Assembly (NCBI GenBank): GCA_023131895.1
Contig: JAGLYZ010000004.1
Coordinates: 29,895 to 93,894 of the forward strand
Direction of reading: 5' to 3'
DNA from: Candidatus Parcubacteria bacterium
Lineage (GTDB): Bacteria > Patescibacteriota > Minisyncoccia > Minisyncoccales > JAGMDC01
Length of the DNA: 64,000 nt
Below, piece after piece: positions 25,012-34,136 of this stretch. The notes beneath the pieces were generated by a model. That model searched no databases and was not told where the DNA came from. It was given only the letters and a program-made list of their open reading frames with translations. How positions within the stretch are numbered: the first letter of the stretch is position 1; every line of letters starts with the position of its first letter. The translations under genes were made by a program, and so were the position numbers.

Positions 25012-26211
25012 TTAATTTATTCTAAGATTAGCATTAACTTTAATATTTTTCCAATTTTGAGTTTCTTTTTTATGGAAATAAGCAGTTATGCCTATCATCG
25101 CAGCATTGTCAGTGCAGAATTTTTTTGTGGGAGCTAAAAAAACAAATTGGCTGCCAGTCATTGATAATTTCTTTTTAAATTGTTTTTGCAGTTCTTCATT
25201 AGCAGAAACGCCTCCGCCAAGAATAATTGTTCTTACTTTATAATCCTTTGCTGCTTTTATGGTTTTTTTAATTAAAATATCAATTACTGCTTGTTGTATT
25301 TCCTTGCACATTGCTTGAATATATTTTTCTTTTTTTACCCTGTTAAATAAAATCTCTGATTTTCTTTTGCTGGAAGCAAAAGATTTAACAGGGTGAACCG
25401 CATATAAAACAGCGGTTTTTAATCCAGAAAAACTAAAATCATAATCCTTGCTATACATCATCGGTCTAGGTAATTTTACCCTGTTAAATAAAATCTCTGA
25501 TTTTCTTTTGCTGGAAGCAAAAGATTTAACAGGGTGAATTTTAGATTTCCATTGCCGAGCTTGTTCCGCGATGGCTGGACCGCCAGGGTAACTAAGCCCT
25601 AAAATCCGAGCTGTTTTGTCAAAACATTCCCCTGCAGCATCATCTCTTGTTTCTCCGAGAATTTTGTATTTTCCAATATCTTTCATTAAAATCAATTGTG
25701 TATGCCCGCCGCTTACAACTAGGCATATCGCAGGAAATATTTTTTTTGGATTTTGGATTTTGGATTTCTCGCCAATTTGTAGGAGCAAATTGGCGAGAAT
25801 ATGTGCCTCAATATGGTTAACTGGTATAATTTTTAAATTCCATAAACGAGCTAAAGATTTAGCGAAGTTCACACCTGTCCATAAACAAGGTTCCAGGCCA
25901 GGGCCAGTAGTCACAGCAATCAAATCAATTTTCGGTTTTATAAAGTTTTTTATTCCTGCTTTTTTCAAAGCTTTTTTCAACACTGGTAAAAGATTTTTCT
26001 GGTGTTCTCTTTTTGCCATTGCCGGGTACACTCCTCCATATTTTTTGTGAATTTCTATCTGTGATGAAACAAAATTAGAGAGAATTTCTACCCTGTTAAA
26101 TAATTTCGCTTTTGGCGAAATTCCCCGATTTATCGGGGATTTAACAGGGTGAATTTTTAAAATACTAATACAAGTATCATCACAAGATGTTTCAATTGCT
26201 AAGATAATCAT
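25012..26211 (-). CDS. tsaD: tRNA N6-adenosine threonylcarbamoyltransferase TsaD, interrupted in-frame by three palindromic elements
   Basis: IETSCDDT, YGGVYP, HIEAH, VSGGHTQL, DDAAGECFDKTARILGL, PRPM, DFSFSGLKT, GGGVSAN, FCTDNAAMI. Confidence 0.93.
   Translation of the reverse strand: MIILAIETSCDDTCISILKIHPVKSPINRGISPKAKLFNRVEILSNFVSSQIEIHKKYGGVYPAMAKREHQKNLLPVLKKALKKAGIKNFIKPKIDLIAVTTGPGLEPCLWTGVNFAKSLARLWNLKIIPVNHIEAHILANLLLQIGEKSKIQNPKKIFPAICLVVSGGHTQLILMKDIGKYKILGETRDDAAGECFDKTARILGLSYPGGPAIAEQARQWKSKIHPVKSFASSKRKSEILFNRVKLPRPMMYSKDYDFSFSGLKTAVLYAVHPVKSFASSKRKSEILFNRVKKEKYIQAMCKEIQQAVIDILIKKTIKAAKDYKVRTIILGGGVSANEELQKQFKKKLSMTGSQFVFLAPTKKFCTDNAAMIGITAYFHKKETQNWKNIKVNANLRIN
25333..25397 (-). 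repeat. Palindromic element PE copy 4 (in-frame in tsaD)
   Basis: Identical over 65 nt to copy 5. Hairpins AAAATC-TCT-GATTTT and CTTTTGC-TGGAA-GCAAAAG. Read as HPVKSFASSKRKSEILFNRV. Confidence 0.9.
25474..25538 (-). repeat. Palindromic element PE copy 5 (in-frame in tsaD)
   Basis: Identical over 65 nt to copy 4, located 141 nt away. Confidence 0.9.
26088..26153 (-). repeat. Palindromic element PE copy 6 (in-frame in tsaD)
   Basis: Same arms. Hairpins ATTTCGC-TTTTG-GCGAAAT and TCCCCGA-TTTA-TCGGGGA. Read as HPVKSPINRGISPKAKLFNRV. Confidence 0.9.
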
Positions 26212-26270
26212 TACAATATTCTATCATCCGGGTTGATTTTTTACAAATTTTAGGGTAATATTCAAATGAC

Positions 26271-26342
26271 GACCCCATCATCTAGTGGTTAGGATATCAG
26301 GTTTTCATCCTGAAAACCGGAGTTCGACTCTCCGTGGGGTCG
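26271..26342 (+). tRNA. tRNA-Glu (anticodon UUC)
   Basis: Acceptor GACCCCA/TGGGGTC, anticodon stem TCAGG/CCTGA with loop TTTTCAT, T-arm CGGAG-TTCGACT-CTCCG. Confidence 0.9.
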
Positions 26343-26346
26343 CTAT

Positions 26347-28524
26347 TTATTCCAAATGAATTGTTTCTCTGAATTGTTTTAATCGCTCTAATAAAAAGGG
26401 GTAGTTTTTTAATTCTGGGTCTTGCTCTAATAATTCCTTAGCAGTTTGTCTGGTTTTTTCAACTAATGAGATGTCTTTAAAAGAATTCATTATTAAATCT
26501 GGAATTCCCCATTGTCTGGCTCCGGAAAAATTTCCTGGTCCTCTGATTTTTAGATCCTTTTCAGCTAATTCAAAACCATTTTCAGAAGAAATAAGAGCTT
26601 TTAACCGCTGATGTGTTTTTTTAGCAGGGGAATCAGTGAAAAGAAAACAATATGACTGATATTTTGATCTGCCAACTCTTCCTCTAAATTGATGAAGTTG
26701 AGCCAAGCCAAATCTTTCTGCGCCTTCAATAAGCATTACTGTAGCGTTGGGTATATCAATACCTACTTCAATAACTGATGTAGAAACTAAAACATCTGTT
26801 TTTTTATTTTTGAAACCTTGCATAATTCTTTCTTTTTCTTTTGGCGTCATTTTTCCGTGAAGCATTGATAGTTTTAATTTAGGGAAAATCTCTTTTGATA
26901 ATCTTTCATATTCTTCTTTGACAGCTTTCACTTCTGTCCAACCAGAAATCTCATCTTTTGTGATTTCAGTTTTTCCAGATTCAATTCTGGGGTATATTAT
27001 AAAAATCTGCCTTCCTTTTTTAACTTCTTTTTTAATAAAATCGTATGTTTTTTCTCTTTCTGCCGGTGGAATTACTTTTGTAATTATTTTTTTTCTTCCT
27101 TTTGGAAGCTCGTCTATCAAAGACAAGTCAAGATCGCCATAAATAGTTAGTGCTAAACTGCGGGGGATAGGAGTAGCAGTCATAGAAAGAAGATGCGGAA
27201 GAGGGGACTGTCCCTCCACTGTTCCTTTCCTGTCCCTTGTTAATTTAGCGCGTTGTTCTACTCCGAATCTATGCTGTTCATCTAAAATTACAAGCGCTAA
27301 TCCCGATGGGCCGGGACCAAACTTTACTTTATCCTGAATTAAAGCATGAGTGCCAATAAGAATATTTATCTCACCCATAGATGTTTTTTCTAAAAGCTTA
27401 TTGCGGGAAATTTCTATTGTTTCTTCTTTTAGTTTTTTGGAAATAAACTTATCTTCTTTTCCTGTTAAAAGTCCTATATTGATATTGAAATCTTTAAATC
27501 GTGAACTCACTTCTTTAAAATGCTGCTTGGCTAAAATTTCAGTTGGAGCCATGAAAGCAACTTGATAACCGGCTTTGATAATTTCTAATCCAGCTATTAA
27601 AGCAACGATTGTTTTTCCAGAACCAACATCTCCTTCTAAAAGTCGATTCATCGGCCGAGGTTTTTCCAAATCTTTTAAAATCTGCCAAGTAGATTTTTTT
27701 TGGGCATCAGTTAGTTTAAAAGAAAAAGTTTTTACAAATTTCTTCACTAATTCAATATCCATTGGAATAGCAATAGCTTTTTCTTTGTTTAATTTCATTC
27801 TTGCCCGTAAGACAGCTAATTCAATTAGGAATAATTCTTCAAATGAGAATCTCTTTTGAGCTTTTTCTGCCAATGTTATTGAATCAGGAAAGTGAATCTG
27901 CCAGATAGCTTTTTCTATTGATAAAAGTTTTTCTTTCTGGATAATTTCTTTTGGTATAATTTCTGGAATTCTGTTTTTGAAGCTCATCAAAAGAGGTTTT
28001 ATAATATAGCGAAGCCATCTTGAAGAAAGTCCTTCTGTTTCCGGATAAACAGGCACAATTCTTCCAGTATGTATTAAATTCGTTTGGGTTTTGTAATTTG
28101 TGATTTTTTCATATGCAGGATTAGAAAGATGCAGCCCATCGTCTCCAATTGTTATTTTGCCAGCTAAACAAACATTGTCTTTTGGTTTTAAAGTTTTTGT
28201 TAAATATGGCTGGTTGAACCAAACTACTTTTATGGCTCCTGTTTTGTCTTGAACAACAGCTTTGGTTAAAATCATTTTTCTTTTCCATGTTCTACTGTCT
28301 TTTATTTCTAATATTTCGCCCAAGATGCAGCAGTTTTCGTTTGCCTTTACTTTTGAGATAGGAATTATATTAGAAAAATCCTCATAACGGTGAGGAAAAT
28401 GATATAAAATGTCTCGGACGGTTTTAATCCCCAATTTCTTCAGTTTTTTTTGAAAAACCACACCAATCCGCGCAATTTGTTCAATTGGAGTTGATAAATC
28501 CATTGCCATTGCCATTGTCTTCAT
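26347..28524 (-). CDS. recG: ATP-dependent DNA helicase RecG
   Basis: Wedge/OB N-terminal domain, Walker A GDVGSGKT, DEQHRFG, TATPIPRS, helicase C-terminal motifs QLHQFRGRVGR. The exact start among several N-terminal Met codons is uncertain. Confidence 0.92.
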   Translation of the reverse strand: MKTMAMAMDLSTPIEQIARIGVVFQKKLKKLGIKTVRDILYHFPHRYEDFSNIIPISKVKANENCCILGEILEIKDSRTWKRKMILTKAVVQDKTGAIKVVWFNQPYLTKTLKPKDNVCLAGKITIGDDGLHLSNPAYEKITNYKTQTNLIHTGRIVPVYPETEGLSSRWLRYIIKPLLMSFKNRIPEIIPKEIIQKEKLLSIEKAIWQIHFPDSITLAEKAQKRFSFEELFLIELAVLRARMKLNKEKAIAIPMDIELVKKFVKTFSFKLTDAQKKSTWQILKDLEKPRPMNRLLEGDVGSGKTIVALIAGLEIIKAGYQVAFMAPTEILAKQHFKEVSSRFKDFNINIGLLTGKEDKFISKKLKEETIEISRNKLLEKTSMGEINILIGTHALIQDKVKFGPGPSGLALVILDEQHRFGVEQRAKLTRDRKGTVEGQSPLPHLLSMTATPIPRSLALTIYGDLDLSLIDELPKGRKKIITKVIPPAEREKTYDFIKKEVKKGRQIFIIYPRIESGKTEITKDEISGWTEVKAVKEEYERLSKEIFPKLKLSMLHGKMTPKEKERIMQGFKNKKTDVLVSTSVIEVGIDIPNATVMLIEGAERFGLAQLHQFRGRVGRSKYQSYCFLFTDSPAKKTHQRLKALISSENGFELAEKDLKIRGPGNFSGARQWGIPDLIMNSFKDISLVEKTRQTAKELLEQDPELKNYPFLLERLKQFRETIHLE

Positions 28525-28571
28525 CTTATATTATTATAAAGTAATTAACAATAAAAGTTTTATTTAAAAAT

Positions 28572-29282
28572 ATGTTTATAATTTTTACTGATTTGGACGG
28601 GACTTTGCTTGATGATAATTATTCATATAAACCAGCATTCACGGTTTTGAATAGTTTGAAAAAAAGAAAAGTGCCTATAATTTTTTGTTCCGCTAAAACA
28701 AAAGCAGAGCAGATTTTTTTTCAAAAAAAGATGGGAATAAGCCATCCCTTTATTGTTGAAAACGGTTCAGCTATTTATATTCCTAAAGCATATTTTAAAA
28801 AATTTAAGAAAACAAAGATTGTTTTAGATAATAAGTCTGATAAAATAAGAGAAGAGATTAAAAAGCTTCAAAAAAAATATCAGATAAAGTCCTTTTACGA
28901 TATAACTGAAGAAGAGATTTCCAAAATAACAGGGCTTGATTTAAAAAAGGCAAAATTGGCAAAATTGGCAAAGATCAGGGAATTTGGAGAAACAATAATT
29001 GAGGCAGATAAACAAGCTTTAAAAGAATTAAAAAAGAAATTTAATGTTGTGAGCGGAGGCAGATTTATTCAGGTTTTTGGCAAAAAAGCAGATAAAGGAA
29101 AAGCCGTAAGAATGCTCACTAAATTATATAAGGATGAGTTTGATAATGTGATAACCATAGGCATTGGAAATTCAGAAAACGACAAGCCGATGTTAAAAAA
29201 TGTAGATACGCCTGTTTTAGTTAAACATGGCCCTAAGGACTGGGCTGAATTTATTAAAAACTTTGTTTTGAAATATGAATAA
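28572..29282 (+). CDS. HAD-IIB hydrolase, mannosyl-3-phosphoglycerate phosphatase-like
   Basis: FTDLDGTLLD motif I, CSAKT motif II, PFIVENGSAIY, GNSENDKPM motif IV; resembles the YedP/MPGP family. Confidence 0.7.
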   Translation: MFIIFTDLDGTLLDDNYSYKPAFTVLNSLKKRKVPIIFCSAKTKAEQIFFQKKMGISHPFIVENGSAIYIPKAYFKKFKKTKIVLDNKSDKIREEIKKLQKKYQIKSFYDITEEEISKITGLDLKKAKLAKLAKIREFGETIIEADKQALKELKKKFNVVSGGRFIQVFGKKADKGKAVRMLTKLYKDEFDNVITIGIGNSENDKPMLKNVDTPVLVKHGPKDWAEFIKNFVLKYE

Positions 29283-31821
29283 TAAAATTTTTTTAGTTCC
29301 TCATACTCATTACGATGCTGTTTGGGTTTTTACCAGAGAGGATTATTTCCATATCAATATAGATATTATTCTTAAAAAAGTTGTTGAGCTAATCAAAAAA
29401 AAGAAAGATTACAGGTTTTTGATAGAGCAGACATATCTTTTAGAAGAAGTGAAAAAACATTATCCAGAGTTTTTTAGGGAGATTAGAAAATATGTCCAGC
29501 AGGGAAAGATTGAAATTGCAGACGGAGAATATTTAATGGCTGATACAATGCTTCCCCAAGGAGAGACATTGATTAGGGAAATAATGGTTGGCAAACAGTT
29601 TGTTAAAAAGGAATTTGATAAAGATGTGGAAGTAATGTGGCAGGCAGACAGTTTTGGCTTGAATGCCCAGCTTCCTCAAATATACAAAAAGTCTGGTTAT
29701 AAATATTTAGCTTTCAGGCGCGGTTCTTTCAAAAACAAGCCGTCAGAGTTTATCTGGCAGGCATTAGATGGAACAGGAATTATTTCTCATTTTATGCCAT
29801 TAGGTTACAGGGCTGGTCTGAATCTTGTGAATCTTGATAAGAGTTATGAAAAGCTTAAAAAACTATCTGCTACAAACAATATATTAATGCCTTCTGGAAG
29901 CGGGGTGACAATGCCTCAAGAAAAAACAATGAGGGCAGTGAGGAGTTGGAACAAAGACCATAACTCTAAAATGATAATTGCCTTGCCATCAGAATTTTTC
30001 AAAAGTTTAAATAAAGATATTAAAAAATTACCAATTAGAAAAGGGGAAATGTATTCAGGAAGGCATTCTCGTGTTTTCCCGAGCACTTCGTCAAGCAGGA
30101 TATGGCTTAAAATAAATTTAAGAGAATGTGAAAATAAACTAATTGCCTTTGAGAAATTCGATTTAATTAATTCTCTTTTTAGAAATAATTACTTTGAAGA
30201 AATCAATGGTTGCTGGAAAAGGGTTTTATTTTTAGCTTTTCACGATGTTGTTCCTGGGACAGGAATTGATGCTGGATACAATGAGGCAAGAGATGATATT
30301 GAGTTTTTAAATGAGAAACTTCCTAATTTAATTTCTGATGTTCTAGATTCAATTATTGCTAAAGATGCCAATAATGAGGATTACGGTGATATTGCAGTTT
30401 TTAATTCTTTATCCTGGGATGTTTCTAACTGGGCAGAAGTTATTTTAAATTTTAAACAAGGAAAAGTTTTGAAAATAAATGGAGTAAGAAGCGGAAAAGA
30501 GGAAAAGGAAGTTGAAATTATAGAATTATCAAAGCATCAAGATGGATCTTTTAAAAAAGTGAAAATAGGCTTTATCGCTGATGTTCCGGCAACAGGGTAT
30601 AAAGTATATAAGATTATCACAAACAAGCCAAAAACAATTAAAGATTCTTTTTTACAACAGAAAGATGATTCAATTGAAAATAAGTTTTTTAAACTTCAGT
30701 TTTCTAAAGAAAACGGACTTATAAAAGTTTTTAAACAAGGCAAGCAGATATGCCAAGGAAATGAAATAGTTATTGACGATGAAGCAGGGGATTTATACAC
30801 CCATAAAGAAAGTTTTGATTTCCCCCTAAAAACAGAAAGCGGACAAGGATTGAAATACGGCGCTTTTAAGCTCAAAAAGCTTTGGGTTGACAGCTCTTGT
30901 TTAAGAAAAATTATTAATATAGAGACTGATTATTATTCTTTAAAATGGCCATACAGATTAATAGACAGCTTAAAGCCAATAATTTGGAGATATCCTTTTA
31001 TAAAATTCAAAAAACAGATAATTGTCTATAAAGACATTCCAAGAATTGACTTTGCTATCAGGATTGAAAATAATCATCCAAAAATAAGATTAAGAGTAAA
31101 GCTTGACACTGATATAAATAAATCAGATTATACTTGCGACAGCCAATTCGGTATAGTAAAGAGAAAGACAAACCAGTATTTTTTAAAGAAAAAGGGCTGG
31201 TCAGAAAATCCATCAGGTTTGTTCCCTTGTTTGAGATGGTTTGATTATAGTAATAACAAAAAAGGTATAACTATTATAAATAAAGGTAATTCTGAAAGCG
31301 AGATAAGAGATAAAAGCATGTATTTAACATTATTAAGGTCAATAGATATGCTTTCTTGCGATGGCAGGGCAGGCCCTATAATTCCGGTTTCTGACGCTAG
31401 AGAATTAAAACATTATACTTTTCAGTATTCTATTTATCCTCATTCTCAAGACTGGAAAAAAGCAAAATCTTGGAAGCATGGTTATGAATTTAATAATTGT
31501 TTAGTTTCGTTTCAAACAGAAGGAAAGAAAAGATATAGGCCTAAAAATTCATTTTTAAAAATTAAACCTGATAATATTATAGTAAGCGCTTTGAAAAAAG
31601 CAGAAGATGATAAAGATATAATTGTTCGGTTTTATGAGGTATCTGGTAAAAACACAAAAGCATTAATAACTATATTTAAAAAAATAAAAGATGTGAAGGC
31701 AGTTAATTTAATGGAAAAGGAGAAGAAAGAATTGAATAAAAAAATTACTTTCAACGAAGGCAATATCAAGCTTGAAATTAAGCCGTTTGAAATTATCACT
31801 TTAAAAATAACTTTATTTTAA
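29275..31821 (+). CDS. Glycoside hydrolase family 38 alpha-mannosidase (MngB-like)
   Basis: N-terminal VPHTHYDAVW metal-binding motif, WQADSFG, about 850 aa multi-domain architecture typical of GH38. Confidence 0.8.
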   Translation: MNNKIFLVPHTHYDAVWVFTREDYFHINIDIILKKVVELIKKKKDYRFLIEQTYLLEEVKKHYPEFFREIRKYVQQGKIEIADGEYLMADTMLPQGETLIREIMVGKQFVKKEFDKDVEVMWQADSFGLNAQLPQIYKKSGYKYLAFRRGSFKNKPSEFIWQALDGTGIISHFMPLGYRAGLNLVNLDKSYEKLKKLSATNNILMPSGSGVTMPQEKTMRAVRSWNKDHNSKMIIALPSEFFKSLNKDIKKLPIRKGEMYSGRHSRVFPSTSSSRIWLKINLRECENKLIAFEKFDLINSLFRNNYFEEINGCWKRVLFLAFHDVVPGTGIDAGYNEARDDIEFLNEKLPNLISDVLDSIIAKDANNEDYGDIAVFNSLSWDVSNWAEVILNFKQGKVLKINGVRSGKEEKEVEIIELSKHQDGSFKKVKIGFIADVPATGYKVYKIITNKPKTIKDSFLQQKDDSIENKFFKLQFSKENGLIKVFKQGKQICQGNEIVIDDEAGDLYTHKESFDFPLKTESGQGLKYGAFKLKKLWVDSSCLRKIINIETDYYSLKWPYRLIDSLKPIIWRYPFIKFKKQIIVYKDIPRIDFAIRIENNHPKIRLRVKLDTDINKSDYTCDSQFGIVKRKTNQYFLKKKGWSENPSGLFPCLRWFDYSNNKKGITIINKGNSESEIRDKSMYLTLLRSIDMLSCDGRAGPIIPVSDARELKHYTFQYSIYPHSQDWKKAKSWKHGYEFNNCLVSFQTEGKKRYRPKNSFLKIKPDNIIVSALKKAEDDKDIIVRFYEVSGKNTKALITIFKKIKDVKAVNLMEKEKKELNKKITFNEGNIKLEIKPFEIITLKITLF

Positions 31822-31829
31822 GAAAAATT

Positions 31830-32177
31830 ATGGAAAATAAAAACAATAGAAAACCCTGGGGTTCTTTTGAAATCATAAAACAAGGCAAAGGTTATAAAAT
31901 TAAAAAATTGATGGTCCTGTCAGGTAAAAGATTAAGCTTGCAAAAACACAATAAAAGAAAAGAACATTGGGTGGTTGTCAGGGGGACAGCTAAGGTTGTT
32001 GTTGGAGAAAAAGAATTTATTTTAAAGCAAGGCGAGCATTGCTTTATAGATATAAAAGAAAAACATCGTTTGGAAAATCCTGGAGAATCAGTGCTTGAAG
32101 TTATTGAAATTCAAATAGGAGATTATTTAGGAGAAGATGATATAGAACGTCTTGAAGACGACTTCAATAGGGCATAA
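31830..32177 (+). CDS. Cupin domain protein, mannose-6-phosphate isomerase type II C-terminal-like
   Basis: PWGSFE...LSLQKHNKRKEHWVVVRGTAKV...H.LENPG pattern of type II PMI cupins. Confidence 0.7.
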   Translation: MENKNNRKPWGSFEIIKQGKGYKIKKLMVLSGKRLSLQKHNKRKEHWVVVRGTAKVVVGEKEFILKQGEHCFIDIKEKHRLENPGESVLEVIEIQIGDYLGEDDIERLEDDFNRA

Positions 32178-32324
32178 AAATATAATATATTTAAATAAAC
32201 AAAACTGTGAAAAAATTTACAAAAATCTGGAATTTTCCTGCGAAAAATTCCCAAATTCTTTTTTTTTGAAAAAACTTCAGATAAGCACATATGTTAGGCG
32301 ACATATTTTTTAGATATAATTAAA

Positions 32325-32855
32325 ATGAATAAAGAAATAATTTTTTTTGATGGTGATGGCACACTCTAGTATCCAGAATCAACTAAGTATATAGAAAAGC
32401 CACATTGGATATACTTGAAGAGTAAAAATGTAGATGATCATTACAAATATTTAGTTATGATACCAACAGTGATTTCTACTTTGAAAAAACTAAAGAAAGT
32501 GGGGATTCTTATCGTATTACTTTCAACACATCCACACCCACCAAAAGAAGCTGATTCTATAATCAATCATAAGGTAAAGCATTTCAAGTTAGATGAACTT
32601 TTTGATGAGATTCATGCGACCAAAGAATATCATGGTTCAAAAGGAGAATTTATTGTAAAAATATTAAAAGAACGCGGAATATCAAAAAGCAAAGCTCTAA
32701 TGGTTGGTGATCATTATTATTGGGATTATGAACCAGCAAGAAATGTAGGTGTGGATGCATTGCTGATTGAATCAGAATATATGAAGAAGTTTATTCAAAG
32801 TAGAAGAATAAAAAGAACGATCAAAAAATTATCAGATATATTTAATTATATTTAA
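32325..32855 (+). pseudogene. HAD-family hydrolase gene with an in-frame TAG (likely TGG to TAG) in motif I
   Basis: ATG 32325 encodes MNKEIIFFDGDGTL then TAG at 32367, then continues in the same frame (YPESTKYIEKPHWIY...) into ORF 32415-32855 with MVGDHYYWDYEPARNVG. Confidence 0.6.
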
Positions 32856-33277
32856 AAAATACGCTTCGGGGTCGTTGCACTTGATTTTCTTCCGCTATCG
32901 CTACATAACACAAGTATATCTGGCTCGCTCCTGCCGTTGCTCGACCCATATTTGCCTCCATAGATTGAAATGATAATATGGAATGGAGGCAAACATCAGA
33001 TATGCTGATACATTATATATCATAAAGTTTTGATAATTGAGAGAATAGCAAAAAGGTTTTCTTTTACCTTTTAAAAGGTAAAAGAAATGGTGCGCGAAGC
33101 ATGTCGTTAGTTTCGTTCAAAATAAGTTCGGATTTAATTAAACAACCATACCAAAAAATCGCCTTATGGCGATTTTTTTAGTGCACTATATTAAAGATAG
33201 TTAGAACATTTTTCGCTCGCTTCGCTGATGCCTCGGCGAAGCGGGCCGTCTGCGGCGGCGATGAAGCCCCCAAAAAT

Positions 33278-33303
33278 TCAGAGCGGCTTCGCCGCGTTCT
33301 TTA
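33278..33303. repeat. 26-bp inverted repeat, left copy
   Basis: TCAGAGCGGCTTCGCCGCGTTCTTTA is the exact reverse complement of 34137-34162. Contains hairpin GCGGC-TTC-GCCGC. Confidence 0.85.
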
Positions 33304-33372
33304 ACAATTTCAAGTTTTTCTTTGGCGGCAAATTCTAAAAAAGAAAAAAGCGGGCGAGGTTATCGCACCAAA

Positions 33373-34038
33373 TCAATCAATTAATATAAAACATCTACCA
33401 TAGATAGATCTAGTTTCATCTGAAAATGTTAAATTTTTGGGGCAACAAGCAAAATAACATTTTTTCTCTCCAGCAGTTGGTCCCAATTCGCAACCAAGCG
33501 GTCTCCATTCACAATTTGGAGTCTCTTCGCAGGGAAAATGTGAGCGTTCAGATGCTGAAACAATATCCTTTCCCACATTACACTTATCCATAATGGCTTC
33601 TGGCTTTCCTTTTAACTCGCAACAATCAAAATAACAAGTCCAGTTCCATTGTGAAACAAATTTCTCTATTTTCAGTCCTTCTTCTACAGCGGAGGCCTTA
33701 ACAAATTTACAATTGCAATTAGTAAAATCAAAATCTTTATATTTTTGCCATTCCTTGTACCAAATATTTTCTTTTCTCACCTCTTTTGAGATCATTATTT
33801 GAATGAAATCTTTCAATCTGTTTCCGCACAATTTCTTTTGTTCTTCTTGGTTGCCGGGAGGGCCTTCTTCATCACCGGCACCCATTCCAAAGTAAATATT
33901 ATGACAATCTAACTTTTCCACTTGCGAAGATTTAGATATGTCCTCTGGTTCTGTTTCTCTTTTTTCCCCACCGCCAGCGATGACGATAATGGTGATTAGA
34001 ACAATTATTCCACCAATAATTAGAATTACTTTTTTCAT
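33373..34038 (-). CDS. Secreted/membrane-anchored cysteine-rich protein, unknown function
   Basis: N-terminal hydrophobic helix, then a domain with about 16 Cys including CC and CxC pairs. No recognisable family. Confidence 0.6.
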   Translation of the reverse strand: MKKVILIIGGIIVLITIIVIAGGGEKRETEPEDISKSSQVEKLDCHNIYFGMGAGDEEGPPGNQEEQKKLCGNRLKDFIQIMISKEVRKENIWYKEWQKYKDFDFTNCNCKFVKASAVEEGLKIEKFVSQWNWTCYFDCCELKGKPEAIMDKCNVGKDIVSASERSHFPCEETPNCEWRPLGCELGPTAGEKKCYFACCPKNLTFSDETRSIYGRCFILID

Positions 34039-34136
34039 ATTTTTGAAAGTTAAAATGAATAAAACTTATGTAAATTTTCTTTTATTAAAATGTGGTTCGA
34101 GCCGATATTTTTTACAGGTTCTTTAGTAGTTTTTAA

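Noticed and set aside
32367-32369. In-frame TAG in the HAD gene as evidence of stop-codon reassignment
   Set aside because: TAG terminates groEL (61895-61897) and ftsK (49618-49620) at the positions expected from homologs, and TGA terminates ligA. The standard code fits all strong genes.
32856-33372. The ORF-free 500-nt region as tmRNA, RNase P RNA or SRP RNA
   Set aside because: None of the hallmark sequences I know is present: the tmRNA tRNA-like ends with a tag ORF, the RNase P GAGGAAAGUCC core, or the SRP domain IV motifs.
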